DNA of 64,000 nt from Marsupella aquatica. Lineage: Eukaryota; Plantae; Marchantiophyta. The notes under the pieces were generated by a model. That model searched no databases and had not been told where the DNA came from. It saw nothing but the letters and a program-made list of their open reading frames with translations. The stretch is from assembly GCA_973895155.1 (NCBI GenBank), contig OZ316891.1, positions 2,347,324-2,411,323 of the forward strand. The letters are read 5' to 3'. The translations under genes and the position numbers were made by a program. Positions 25,603 through 37,469 of this stretch are shown here, piece after piece. Numbering within the stretch: the first letter of the stretch is position 1; each line of letters starts with the position of its first letter.

Positions 25603-27839
25603 ATCTCTACTCATTTTTTGAGACATCCTTGGCGTATGCCATTCTGAAGGACATTTGATTGTCATGCCGATCCTTCTTTGCTACAGAACTTTTTAAAAGC
25701 CAATGTCTTTGCTTAAAAGGCCTGAATCTAATGCAAGAGAATCCGGAGGTCCTAGGGTCCCCAAGACGGCACAGAACCTATCATATGGAGGTCAGGTATA
25801 CAGAGGTTTACTACAATTGAAACCAGGGCTGCAAGTCCTAAACAACATCCAACAACTTCTCAGTGCCACAGTGGATTGGTTCACTGATGCTTGGTCAGAT
25901 CTTTACAGACTTGAATGTGCCCTCCATCTGGGCTACCTCGAAATGGAAATCTTCCCCAGAAATTGGCGTTTTATGTGACTGAGATATAAGTTATCGAACA
26001 AGTTCTTTATGTTGATCTGCTCACTTCGCTCCTGGACCTCCAGAGCAAGAAGGATGGCAGTCTGTCCTGAAGACGAAAAGCTCGGGATGAGCCGAGTATT
26101 TCTTACAACTTAGGTTTAGAGTCTCAAGGACACCAACTTTTGCAGATCTCGGAGACAGTTTTGAGAGTGCGGGCCAGTCGGATGGATGTGTCCGAGGTAC
26201 GAAAAACTAGTGATAAGAACGGAGATGAGCTGAGTCACTGTCAATCTTCCAATGTGGTCAAGCGGATATGGTAACAATTGTTCAACAAATTATCTATGAA
26301 GACTTTAACCTGCTAGAGAAGCTGGTGTGGATTGTGATCCTTGCTTTGCCATCTAGGAGCGTAGGTCCAATTTCTTTCAGTGGGCCTGTCTGTTAGATCT
26401 GTCGTGTCAGTACATGTGCAGGACTGACCTGTAGTAGCATGTGCTCCAGTATGTCAGTGAACTCGCCATGTCCTTTGCTTGGAAATGAAAATTGGGTATT
26501 GTGGAATGCGCTACGGATACCGATTGCAAGTTACGAATTCCACTGTGTGATGCACAATTGAGATTCCTCTAAATGCAATTGAGCACTCAATCAGCCTCGA
26601 ACATTTGTATTATCTTAAGGGTTGAAAGTATAAACGAAATGCGGTCCTGTCATTCTGTGCACTTTAGAAGTCTTAGTGTAACTCTATTGTGAGCTACTGT
26701 ATGTAGTTTAGGCAGAGGAAATCCCTCTGCATTCAGAAGGGGTCACTTCAAGCCGGTGCATTAGGAATGCTAGGAATCCAAACGATGCAATTAGCCTGAA
26801 ATCACGTTGGGCCTGTGGAGAATAGCATGGTCTTAATCAACTACTGTAAAGGCTAGAAATGTTGTGTTTGATTGCTCTCTCAACTTTCGATCCTTTTTGA
26901 CAATAGACTATGAAAAAACTATTTTAGATTATGGAGGGCTAGTCCTTCGTTGCCCACGCATGAACACAGTTGTTGGCCCCAGCCTCAATGCCGCGCCCTA
27001 CCCTCGTCTACAGACATATGTCTAGTTGTAGGCCTTGTGTGTTGGCCTCATTGTTAGCCTCTCATCAAGGTTGTGCCCTGCCTGCAGTTTCAAGGTCTAC
27101 ATGCTTCACTCGTAGGCCATGACAGGAAGGTTTTGTTTGCACTGAATTGCACAGATTCGGTCCAGGGAATATTATATGACCCCATAATTAGAAACAATTG
27201 TGTCTACTTTTCAGGGTTGCTTTACAAGAAGTTGGGGCCCATTGCTTTTTTACATTCCCTCCAAAATTAATTTTGGACTGTAAAATTGAGTGGACCTGCT
27301 GATAATGGCTTTACTTGGGGTCCATTCACTTATGGTGACTACCCATCATACATGGCAAGTAGGGGCCCCAAGTAAATGCTGATGTGGTGGTTCGTTTGGT
27401 GGTCCAAACCTTGGCTTCTTGTCACTGTAGCATACTCTCTCAAACACAAGAGAGACAACTGCACAATGAAATACAAAAGCAGAAAAGGAGTGACTGAAAT
27501 AGGGGCACCTCATCAAAGTGAAGAACGTATCAATAGCAGTCCTAATGGCTGCCAAGACATAAATGGCTGGACGCACCCCCCTTGTCATTGTGCAGGTCTG
27601 GTAAGGCTCTGGCAAACAGATTGAATTCAAACCGTTTAACTCCTGTAGATCCTTTGCTGTTATCGCTCATATTTAAATGTGAACTATAAGCAATGATCTG
27701 CCTGACATCTGAACTGTAACCCTGACTAATGTAACAAGATCTTACTGTTCATGGGCCCAATGCAAGAAATCAACCTGAGGAATTTGCAATGGGACTCGTT
27801 CATTCAAGGGATTGACATGTATTGAGCTTCATTTCAACA

Positions 27840-28004
27840 GGGCATCTCAAGTCTCTCCTTTCCGCCTCCGGTTGCGGTCAAAGACAAATTCCCAGAAAAA
27901 GAGTGGCAGACACAAAAATGTGTGTCTCCACACTCCTGACTGGTGACCAAAATTGGGTATTTCGGACCAAGTTTTTTCTGCAAACTTCCAGGTTTGAGAT
28001 GCCC
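27840..28004. mobile_element. Tourist-like (PIF/Harbinger) MITE
   Basis: TIR GGGCATCTCAA / TTGAGATGCCC, right end followed by TAA; left TSD not intact. The same terminus recurs as TTAGGGCATCTCAA at ~58738. Confidence 0.6.
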
Positions 28005-30170
28005 TAATAGATTTTTGGTTGCTAGTCTACCTTTAGAACAAGAAGAAGTGACCTTACAGTTTGCATTGGTGAATCAAGTACATTTCTAGTCCCTTAGTTT
28101 CAGAAAGATAGTTAGAACCTCCTCTACTTGCTTTTACTATAAGCAAACACCTGAGGAATATAAAAAATGGACTTGTACCAAGACCTGATTCAGACCAGCT
28201 ACAAATAGTATTACATGCACTTTTTTTTAACAATAGGGGAATAGGGCAAGATTTTAATTGGTTGATAATTTTCCATACAAGGAGTGTTTTCTGATTCTAA
28301 AGCAGGATGGATGGACCAAGGGGTTTGCTCTGAAGCCCCCAGGCATGGATTTCCAAAGCTGGGATGGACTGACTCAAAACATAAAAAAATGCCCAGATAG
28401 CACTCTTTATAGTCTGTTTGGACTGAAGTCTGACTTGAAAATGTGCTCTTGCCATGCATACTGGTTTCATTCGTAAGTAGAGGCTCATGCACAAACTACT
28501 CAGGGCGTCCATTACAACATGGAAACCTCCTTCCCCAAAGTGGAGATGCTGCTCATGCCTAAATTATTTAGGGCATTCTCCACAAAAGTGAAGAGTCCAT
28601 TGGCAATGAAGCAAACTATCTCAGAAAAATCTGAAACATAATAGATGATCATTTTTGCACTCATTGGCAATGGAGCAAACTATCTCAGAAAAATCTGAAA
28701 CTTTGTAAGCTAATGGACTGGACATCAGAGAACATGCTGAAAATTTTGAGCATAAAAAGAGATATTCAAAAGTTGTCCAAATAATTGCACAAGTCAACTT
28801 AAAACTACCATTTTATGGTTGGTTGGGTGTCTGGGACAACTACTTTGATCCTTCTCAAAATAATTGACGGTCCAGGTTTGTTTGTGGTGGGGCCATGATC
28901 CAACTACCACCCTGGAACCTGGTACTAATAAAGTGTAGAGTGGTCCAATGAAGGGACCATTCAGAACACGGTACAATTCCACTTTTCCCCACTTTCTCTG
29001 CCATCTATGATGAAAGAATTGATACAATAGTTCTATTCATATTCGTTTCCCTCGTGTTAGTCTTGCTAATTAACGAAAACCTCATCAAAATTCAATCTAA
29101 TTCGTTTCGGTCGGAAATTCCGATTAGAATGCTCTGCTTTTCCAATGTTGTCGGAAGAAAGACTGACAAAATTTACGGTCCAGAGCAAGATTGCAAGAAT
29201 GCCTGTTTCTCTCGTGATTCGCTTGCTTAGATCTCACTCCAAGAAAGCCCCCAGAATGCTGAGCTCGACGAGACGAATCGACTGTCTAGCACTGCAGATT
29301 GGAACTCTGTCGAAGAGAATGTTGAGTCAAGAAGAATGCGATTTTTGTTTGGCCTTCAGAGGTGAACGAGTGATGGCTTACTCTTCGCATTCACCCCTCC
29401 AATCTATCGTCGTTTCCAGAGTTGGCCCACGAAGAATTTCGGCGATGCCTTGCTCGTTCCAAGCCATTTATCTGACCTTACCTTCGTCGGGTTGAGGAGA
29501 AGGAAATCTCAACAAGCGTGCGGACAGTTTCCATCACAGCATTTGGCAGGGACAGCGGATTGAGCTCTCTTTCAAGTCCAATTAGTTTTTGCTTCTTGTG
29601 CTCGGGCTCTGTCACGTTTTGCTGCGAACGGCATTGTTTCCCTCGCGGCCATCGGACTTCACATCTGCGGCGAGGTCTTTAGATCAAGATTTAGTTAACG
29701 TAGTACAAGAAGAGACGTTTTTGGAAGCAAACTCTTTGGAGCCGGGGCGATCCAGTCACATAGAGGCGGAAAAGGAATGCGGAATAATGATTTCCAGCAT
29801 TAATTCGTCTGTCGTCATTGATTGGCACTTCGCATGTAACGGTGCGGGCTCGACCCTCTGAAATCGTCTCTCTGCATTGATCGGCTCTTTGCATGCAGGC
29901 TCGACTATCTGAAATTGTCGATTTGAAACGGAGCGCAAGTTCACATTCTTATCTCATCGGTGACGTTATGAAACATTGAATGCCCTGCAGAAGCCCGCCA
30001 TGACTTTAAAGATGCCTCCAACGCGTTGGGGAAGTGTGTTCCGGGAAGGAGTTCATGACAGAGGATACACGTTGTTGCTCGGATAGGCTCATGGGAAGCA
30101 GCACCAGGGCCTTCTACAGCTGAGAGCTGACAAAGGAGAACACAAGGCGCTATTCGGATACGGTAATCTC

Positions 30171-32384
30171 ATGGATAGCCGAAAGGGCTCCATCGTGTTC
30201 TCCGTGCTCCTGGCTTGGATTCTTCATGCAGCGACACTTACCAATGCGCAATGTTCGTTCCTCTTGACACCATCGCAGCTCGATCCTTTCTCCTCATCGG
30301 TCTTCCAGATCAATACAGCTCAGCTGGACAGGATCGTCGACAATTTCATCAAGGTGACAACACAAAATGGAGTCTCCTCCTACTCCGTGGCCGTCGTTTA
30401 TCAGAACAAGACTATTTACACGTCTGGTCAGAGCACAACCCCATTCCGATGCGCGTCCAACACGAAGACCTTCACAGCTCTCGGGGCTCTCATGCTGCGC
30501 GAGCGAGGGTTGCTTTCCCTCGACGATCCGGTCAACAAATACCTTCCGGATTACTCCGTTATCAGTCCGTATGGTGAGCACAACACCACGATTCGGGAGC
30601 TGATGGCGCACGTATCCGGGCTGCCGATGCAATTGTGTCCGTTCCTGCTCACCTGCACGGATAACGAGACTGAAATCCTCCAGCAGATTTCGGGAATGCA
30701 ACTGGTTCGGCCTCCTTGGAGTAGCCAGCCGGTCTACTCTAATTTGGGGATTGCGCTGCTGGGCCATACCTGGGAGAAGGCAACCTCTCCTCAGGTGTCA
30801 TGGTGGGATTTCATACGAGATAATGTTGTTTCGCCCTTGCGAATGACTTCAACGGGGATTGATCTCACGGATGTTGCTCTGGCTGAAAATTCCGATCCCT
30901 TCTCGCTGCAGGATCTTGGATGGAGCGCACCCGCTGCACAAATGTGAGTGCCACCACCATCTGCCAGTGCTGTCTTTGCTTGCTATCATTATTTCAACAA
31001 TCAATAATTCGTTTCTTAAATTTTCTGAAGGGACTTTAGCATGTCCGTCTCATCAGAGGAACTTGTATCTGTTTTAGTAGGTAGTCTGTCATGCGGGACC
31101 GGTTCTGGCAGATTGAATCCAACTACAAGAAGAAACTAGGGTAGCAACATGTCGGTTGAGAATCACAGGCTAGTGACGCAAAATTTCTTTGCCAAAGAGA
31201 ACCCCGCTGATTCACCCGTTGTGTAAAGATCCTTTAGTTTCAAAGAAAGTAGCTCAGCAACACTTTTATAAGGGACCTCACGCTGTCAGTGAACTCATGC
31301 TTTGCCCACGACGAGTCCCGTCACTTGGTTTTTTTAATCAAAATCCTGCTCGGCGTAAAATGCTACTGTAGATTGGCTCTGTTTCGTCAGGGGTTCACTA
31401 CCTGGTCAATGAACAAGTGCTTTGGCCACGAGAAGTCCGGCTAGTTGATCCTTTATGTAAGGGCAATTAACTTCCTTCAGCGTAATTTGAATGAATGAAT
31501 GAGTAAACGAACTTCAAGCTGAAAGCATGTCCTGGGTCCTTCACTTTGGTGGGTTGCGAGGTGTATCGATACAAGTTATCAAGAGCAGAAGAGCTGAACT
31601 GATATCAAATACTTGCAGGTACACGACTGCGGAGGACCTTGCCAAGTATCTGGCATTTGTCATGACGGGAAGCCCCCCACTCATCTCTGATGCCGCGAGG
31701 CGAGAATGGATTCGTCCGACCAGGCTTTTCAGCGATGGTCAGACAGGCTATGCCATGCCCTGGGAACTTTACAAGCTGCCAAACATTACTTCAGAGTTTA
31801 TTGTCAGCAAAGCTGGTAACATTAACAGCTATCTCTCTCACACGGCTTTCCACCTGGGAACCCAAGTGGGCGTTGTAGTCCTGACTGTGTACAACAAAAA
31901 TGCGATAGGTCCTGAGGCCTTGGCTAATGCCATCCTGACTGCCGTCGTACCAGAGGTGGAAAACTTTAACAACCAAACCATTTCAAAGACGTACGATGGG
32001 GTCTACCGATGTGCACCTTCTCCAGGTTTCGCAAGTCCGACTCTCAATTACACAGTTGCTGTTCTTGGAGGCACCATCACTATTACCAGTAATGACTCTC
32101 TTGGCCTCTCGGCCACCTTGAGTGTGAATCTTCAGCAACCTGGAGGGCAGCCTTACGTGGCCGGGGCAGCCCCGTATGGACTGCTGATCAAGAATGCAAC
32201 GGAAAATTCGTTCTGGTTTGGTGATGCATCTTCGTGTTTGTATTATTTTAGTGCTCTCAGTGGAGCTCCAAATCTGCAGACTCCGAATACTCCAGACAGT
32301 TTCTACACAAACGAGCTTAGGTTTAATTTGGCAACCTCGTCCGTCCTCTGGCCAGCAGTGGGTGCGAACTGTTCGAGATCATGA
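30171..32384 (+). CDS. Secreted beta-lactamase/AmpC-family serine hydrolase, copy 2, no C-terminal anchor; exons 30171-30943 and 31619-32384; ~512 aa
   Basis: Signal peptide (IVFSVLLAWILHAATLTNA/QC); SxxK FRCASNTKTFT; LDDPVNKYLP; YSNLG; same intron position as copy 1 (PAAQM-YTTAEDLAKY); KAG motif; ends WPAVGANCSRS*. Confidence 0.9.
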
Positions 32385-34030
32385 TTTTACTCTCAATCGA
32401 ACTAGTCATCAAAGTTGACCATGTTGGGAAGCGGGGAGGTCTTGCAATCAGTCTGCAACGGACTGTTTTCGCCGTCCTAGGGTACTTCAATGCTGGCTGA
32501 GTGCTCTCTAAGGTTCTCATCCAGATATGAGTGCCCTCTGAGGTTCTCATTCAGGTGTCTGGCCATGTGCGCATAGCGTTTGGCAGAGATTGTGAGGTGA
32601 GTGTCATCTATCTCATTCAGGAGGATGCTCCGGAGACTTGCAATCTGTGCATAATTGCATGTGAACATAGCCAGCCAAAGACATTGGCACCTGCGGAATT
32701 TCTGAGCAATCTGGCACATCTTGAGGTTGAGTGAAAGCGTTTCTCATCTTTGGCACCGCAGACTTGAAAATGGTAACGAGATGAAGTACCTCCAATGGGG
32801 GAGATCCCTTTTCTGAAGTAACGGCGTATTTCTGCAGCTGAGCAGGTCGATAGTGTGGTTCCTGGCATGGTTGTAGTGCACAAAGGTAGAGCTTTGCTAA
32901 TGCGAGGTAGACATATTCCTTCAGCTAAAGTGACCAACGTCGCCAGAAGTTTTGGATTTACAGACGATTTACAGATATCCGCAGCTTGTGCAATTGGTTG
33001 CAACGTCCATCATAGGGTTTAAAGCCCGACATTGTTCTGAGATACATTTTTAGTTTCATTTCAAAAGCGGCGCGTGGGGAGGAAACTCCTAATCTATTCA
33101 CTTCTGAAAAGAAGACTTGAGACATGGATTTTTACTCGAGTAAGCAACATTACCGCACGAGGAAGGCAGAATCTAGAGGGAGAAAGGCAGAGGAAAAACA
33201 GAGTCTCACTGTGCATAGTAGTTTCTCATTCAGAAATAAGAGGAAGGCATGTTTTTGGCGATGCTGTTATAATCAATCCCCATAAGTTTCTCTCTCAAGA
33301 GGTTCCAACTTATAATCATATTCTATGGTTTGGAGCAAAGATTTGTGAATGAATTCCTGATATTTTGGTTCAGTTGGTGATCTGGACGGTTTTATTTGAG
33401 GTCTTGAAGAGAAATAGGTCATTTTCGTGATATTCCTTGCCTTTGTGGGTTTCATGAATGTCAGCTTAAACCTTAAATGAACTCAATGGCAAGGTTAGAG
33501 GCAAACGAATCTTGAGACTAATGTTTTCGTTGACATGGTGGCGATGAGCCTTTGAAGTTTTGTGAAGTCGGATGATGGCTCGCATATCTGATTCCATTAT
33601 ATCCTTAGAACGGTTTTCCCAGGTCTCCAACACAGTCCACCATGACCACAAAAAGGTGGTCTTGCTACACTTGGCTAACTTTCTGAAATGAAGAACTTCA
33701 TAGTCGTCAGAAAAGATCGGGAGAATATGAGTTCTCCAGCGATGTTGCACAAGAATGTAATGAAGCAACGGCAGACATTTTATAGAGGTTTTTCCATGGT
33801 CAGTAGTCAGTACACATGCCAGTCAACCCAGGGGAGCATAGGTAGGCAGGTGGGCTGTACTAGGGCATCTCAAAGACTACTTTCCCGACCATTTCATGTG
33901 ACCAGAATGTTGCAGACCCCGTCACAGAGGAAGAATCTGGGGTTTCCACAAAAACTGACTATCAGCAACTCACAAACTTTTCCGAGGGATTTGCTTGATG
34001 GGACCCCTATCAGCAACTCACAAACTATTT

Positions 34031-34190
34031 GGAGGGATTTGCTTGAGGGGACCCCAAATGGAAATGTGTTACTTCATAGGACCCCTGAATTTTGGGTACC
34101 TTGATTCAATGTAAAACAAGGGTGTGTATCACTCAAAGGTCCTATTGAGTAACACATTTCATTTTGGAATCCCATCAAGCAAATCCCTCC
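34031..34190. repeat. Inverted repeat, ~53-bp arms and ~54-nt loop (MITE-like hairpin)
   Basis: GGAGGGATTTGCTTGA...GAAATGTGTTACTTCATAGGACC pairs with GGTCCTATTGAGTAACACATTTC...TCAAGCAAATCCCTCC. Confidence 0.85.
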
Positions 34191-36818
34191 ACAAACTCCT
34201 CACAAATGTACCCAGGTTTAAAAATCAAGGGTATTGAGTTGACCTGCCGTGCCTGTCAACCACTCATCTTTCATCTCTACAATCCAAGACTAAGCTCACT
34301 CCAAGCTTTATTAACCTCAACCATTTCATTAATGTGAGTTCAAAATAATGTCTGAGTCTGGTTTATTAAGGTTGCAATGGTCCTTCCAAGTCGTTGTCAA
34401 CCATGGTGGTCTATCCAAGCCTCTTTTTTCATTCATAACTTGGATTGCATTTCAAAATGCTTTAGGTTTGATAGTTGAGCAGGTTTAGTCTAAATCAGGT
34501 TGCAGTCAAAATAAACGTTCTGTTCATCCCATGTGAACTTCAGAATCCTATCCAAGCAAATCATTTGTGACTGACATCCGATCCAAAATCCATGATATCC
34601 TAGTAAGGTATCCTAGCATATATAGCAAACTGCAAAAGAACAAGGAGCGCCCAAACATGAGACATGATCCCACAGGCGAAAGACCCACTCAAGGGTGAAG
34701 AACCAGAGAGCCTGTAAGGCCAGAACAAAAGCCCAACACAGAACCTGCAATAAAACTTGGGTCTAAGACCCTATCTACAGGCGCATTGTAGAGCCTGATA
34801 GAGCTCCGGCGTGAACTGCATGGGGGATCTAACTAGGTAACCTGATTAGTTGCCCTAGAACCAGCTGGCTCACCCCTACAAAGAACAGTACACGCCGTGC
34901 AACTGGCATCTGCTGTCAAAAAAGGCCATGATAGGTGGGAAAGGGGCCCGCTCAATATAAAACACCACACAAGATTATAAGAAGTCAAAGGCTGGATGGA
35001 GAGCCCCAATAACCTCCACGACAAACAGGTGAAAAGGATTGCCCGGGAAGGCTTAGCGCACAACATAGGCCTCCCCTCCTTCAGACAAGCGACCTGCACG
35101 GCTGAGTGCCCAGGCACATGAGTGGCTGCTATGTTGGCCCGCTGGTATGGTCCGCAACAACAACATCCCAAGGGCTCAGACTCCAACATGCGAATTCAAG
35201 GTCAGGCAACACCAGTCAGATACTCCATCCCGTGGTGGCAAAACTTGTTTTTGCTCCATGGAAACATGATACCTTAGTCAAAATACACAGTCATATAGAT
35301 AACATGTGAGCTTAAATAAAATACTATCAGAGCATAGCTCTTCTTTAAACAGCAAACATTTTGACAAAATGAAGGTGCTCCCTAACTAGAAGTAATGTTT
35401 CATAGTGGTCCATGCCACTTGTAGTGGTTCATTGGAGAATCTTTTCAAACCTGATGGTCCATGCTAGCTTCAGCCCCAGGGATATACATTAAAGTTTTGC
35501 TTAGACTCTAATGGTCCATACTCACCATCATTTCACTCCACCCTGAGAAATATGACTTTCTTGAACTAAAAATATAAGATCCATATAAGAAACCCTAGCC
35601 TGTTTGTAAATATGAAAAAAACACTGGCAATATTGTCAATTAAAACATCTTTAATGGCAAAGTAGTTAAACCACCATGTCCATCTAAAAGGAGAATTGTC
35701 CAATAATTCTCACTTTTTCACATTTCTCTCCTATAGGGTGAGACTTGGCTCTACAATTTCAAGGAAAAAAGTCTAAAAATGTTGAAACCTGGTGGATCCA
35801 GGTTTTATCATGGACAATGGCGCTTTAAAAGTTAAGAATTATATTGCGTGTTTCCCTCTACAGTAGGCTTTTCCCGTTTAGGGTAAACATGTACAGTGTA
35901 CTATACAGTGCCTAGACGGGACCGTCACTGTAACATCGCAAGGCGAGCAATGTAGCGAGCGGCAACGAGCTTCGAACACGCGAGCTGCTGTGGCGGACGA
36001 GCAAAACCACAGTGAAATCCCAGGCTCGGCTGAAAAAGCTTTCGCTCAGCAGTCTCGTCTCCGCGAATCCCTTAAACCTCCGTCGCCAGTCGCCACCACT
36101 CCTCCGCGCGGAAAGAAGCAAATCCCCAAAACCCCATTTCTTCTCCGCCTCGGCCCTAATCTTCTGAGCTCCGAGCTGCCAGTCGGTGACATTGATCTTC
36201 GCCATCGTTGCTGCAGGCCAGCACAGAGTGTGTCTATGTGCTCTGGTGTATTTTGCTGGAACCATCGTTGATTTGGTGCCGTTCAAGGCCAAGCTGAGAT
36301 ATCGTTGGTGGGCGTTACTCATCTGAGCTTCAGGTTTTGTTCGGAGAGATATGAGCTCTGCCTACGATTGAGCCTGATCTTCTTAAAGCTTTGGTCGAGC
36401 TCAAGGCCCGCATGTAGTGTAGTCTGCCAGCGCCGTGGAAATTAGGGTGGCGGTCATCGACGAGCTGACGGATCGTTTGAGACGTTTTTGCGGTACGGTA
36501 GGTCTTCAAGAGCTGCATCACTCTCTTCCCGAGAGCAAGAGCACTGATCAGAGGGGACGAATTCTGCGTTGACGCATTTGAAGATCGGAGCATTTCTTAC
36601 AGAAAAGGAATTTTGTGAGGAGGTGAGCTTGTGAGCTTGTGAGTTGGAAAATCATCTTTTAGGTTTTAGTAGGACATAAGCACATGGATGACATTTGTTG
36701 CGGCCGTGACGCTTTTCACATTTGAAGTTGGGAGGGAGGGGAGGCCGCGTAGCTCACAGTCTCCGTCGGTGCCATTTAAGGGCGGGGACAGACCCAGGGT
36801 AGCATTTGCACGCCGGCT

Positions 36819-37469
36819 ATGAGTCGAATTTTACATCGCTCGTTGGCGTGCCGATGTCGTCAGCTACTGGTTTCACGAGGGTTTGGGGGGGGAATGCCCA
36901 TGCCCGAACTGTCTTCTTCATCCATTGCGGGATGCAACATGTCAAGGGGCTTGCCAGCAGCGGCGGGAATGATGCCGTCGTTGTCTTCTAGGATACGAAC
37001 ATGGAGCAGCAGTGCAGCGAATTGCGATGATCCGGATTTCGATCCCACCGAAGCAAGGAGTCCCCCATCCGAGAAGATCTCTCGCTTAGTAGATGAAATC
37101 TCTTCCCTTACTCTCTTAGAAGTCTCAGATCTTACCACTCTGCTCAAAAAGAAATTAGGGCTAAGCAACATGCCAATGATGCCGATGATGGGAGGCATGA
37201 TGCCAGGTCAAGGTGTAGGAGCAGCCCCAGCTGCCGAGGAGAAGAAGGTTGAAAAGACGGCTTTCGATGTGCGGCTGGAAAAGTTCGATGCTGCTGCAAA
37301 GATTAAGATCATCAAGGAAGTGAGAACATTCACTTCGTTAGGTCTCAAGGAGGCAAAGGAATTAGTGGAGAAGATACCTGCTCTTTTAAAGAAAGGTGTG
37401 AGCAAGGACGAGGCTACACAAATAATCGAGAAGATCAAGGCTGCGGGAGGCACAGCGGTGATGGAGTGA
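36819..37469 (+). CDS. RPL12: Organellar (probably mitochondrial) 50S ribosomal protein L7/L12, 216 aa
   Basis: KISRLVDEISSLTLLEVSDL, EKTAFDVRLEKFDAAAKIKIIKEVRTFTSLGLKEAKELVEK, KGVSKDEA, preceded by an Arg/Ser-rich N-terminal presequence. Confidence 0.95.
   Translation: MSRILHRSLACRCRQLLVSRGFGGGMPMPELSSSSIAGCNMSRGLPAAAGMMPSLSSRIRTWSSSAANCDDPDFDPTEARSPPSEKISRLVDEISSLTLLEVSDLTTLLKKKLGLSNMPMMPMMGGMMPGQGVGAAPAAEEKKVEKTAFDVRLEKFDAAAKIKIIKEVRTFTSLGLKEAKELVEKIPALLKKGVSKDEATQIIEKIKAAGGTAVME

Noticed and set aside
9976-32384. Bacterial contamination as the explanation for HdeD and the hydrolases
   Set aside because: The hydrolases have spliceosomal introns, and all three genes are interleaved with plant genes and plant TEs.
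33230-33660. Possible NB-ARC remnant (LFVVMVD; YKLEPLE...KHAF) on the minus strand
   Set aside because: The motifs are in different frames, and no P-loop or correctly ordered GLPL was found; too weak without BLASTX.
35912-36593. ORFs upstream of RPL12
   Set aside because: No recognisable family, and the plus-strand ORF has a non-ATG start; consistent with 5' leader or promoter sequence.
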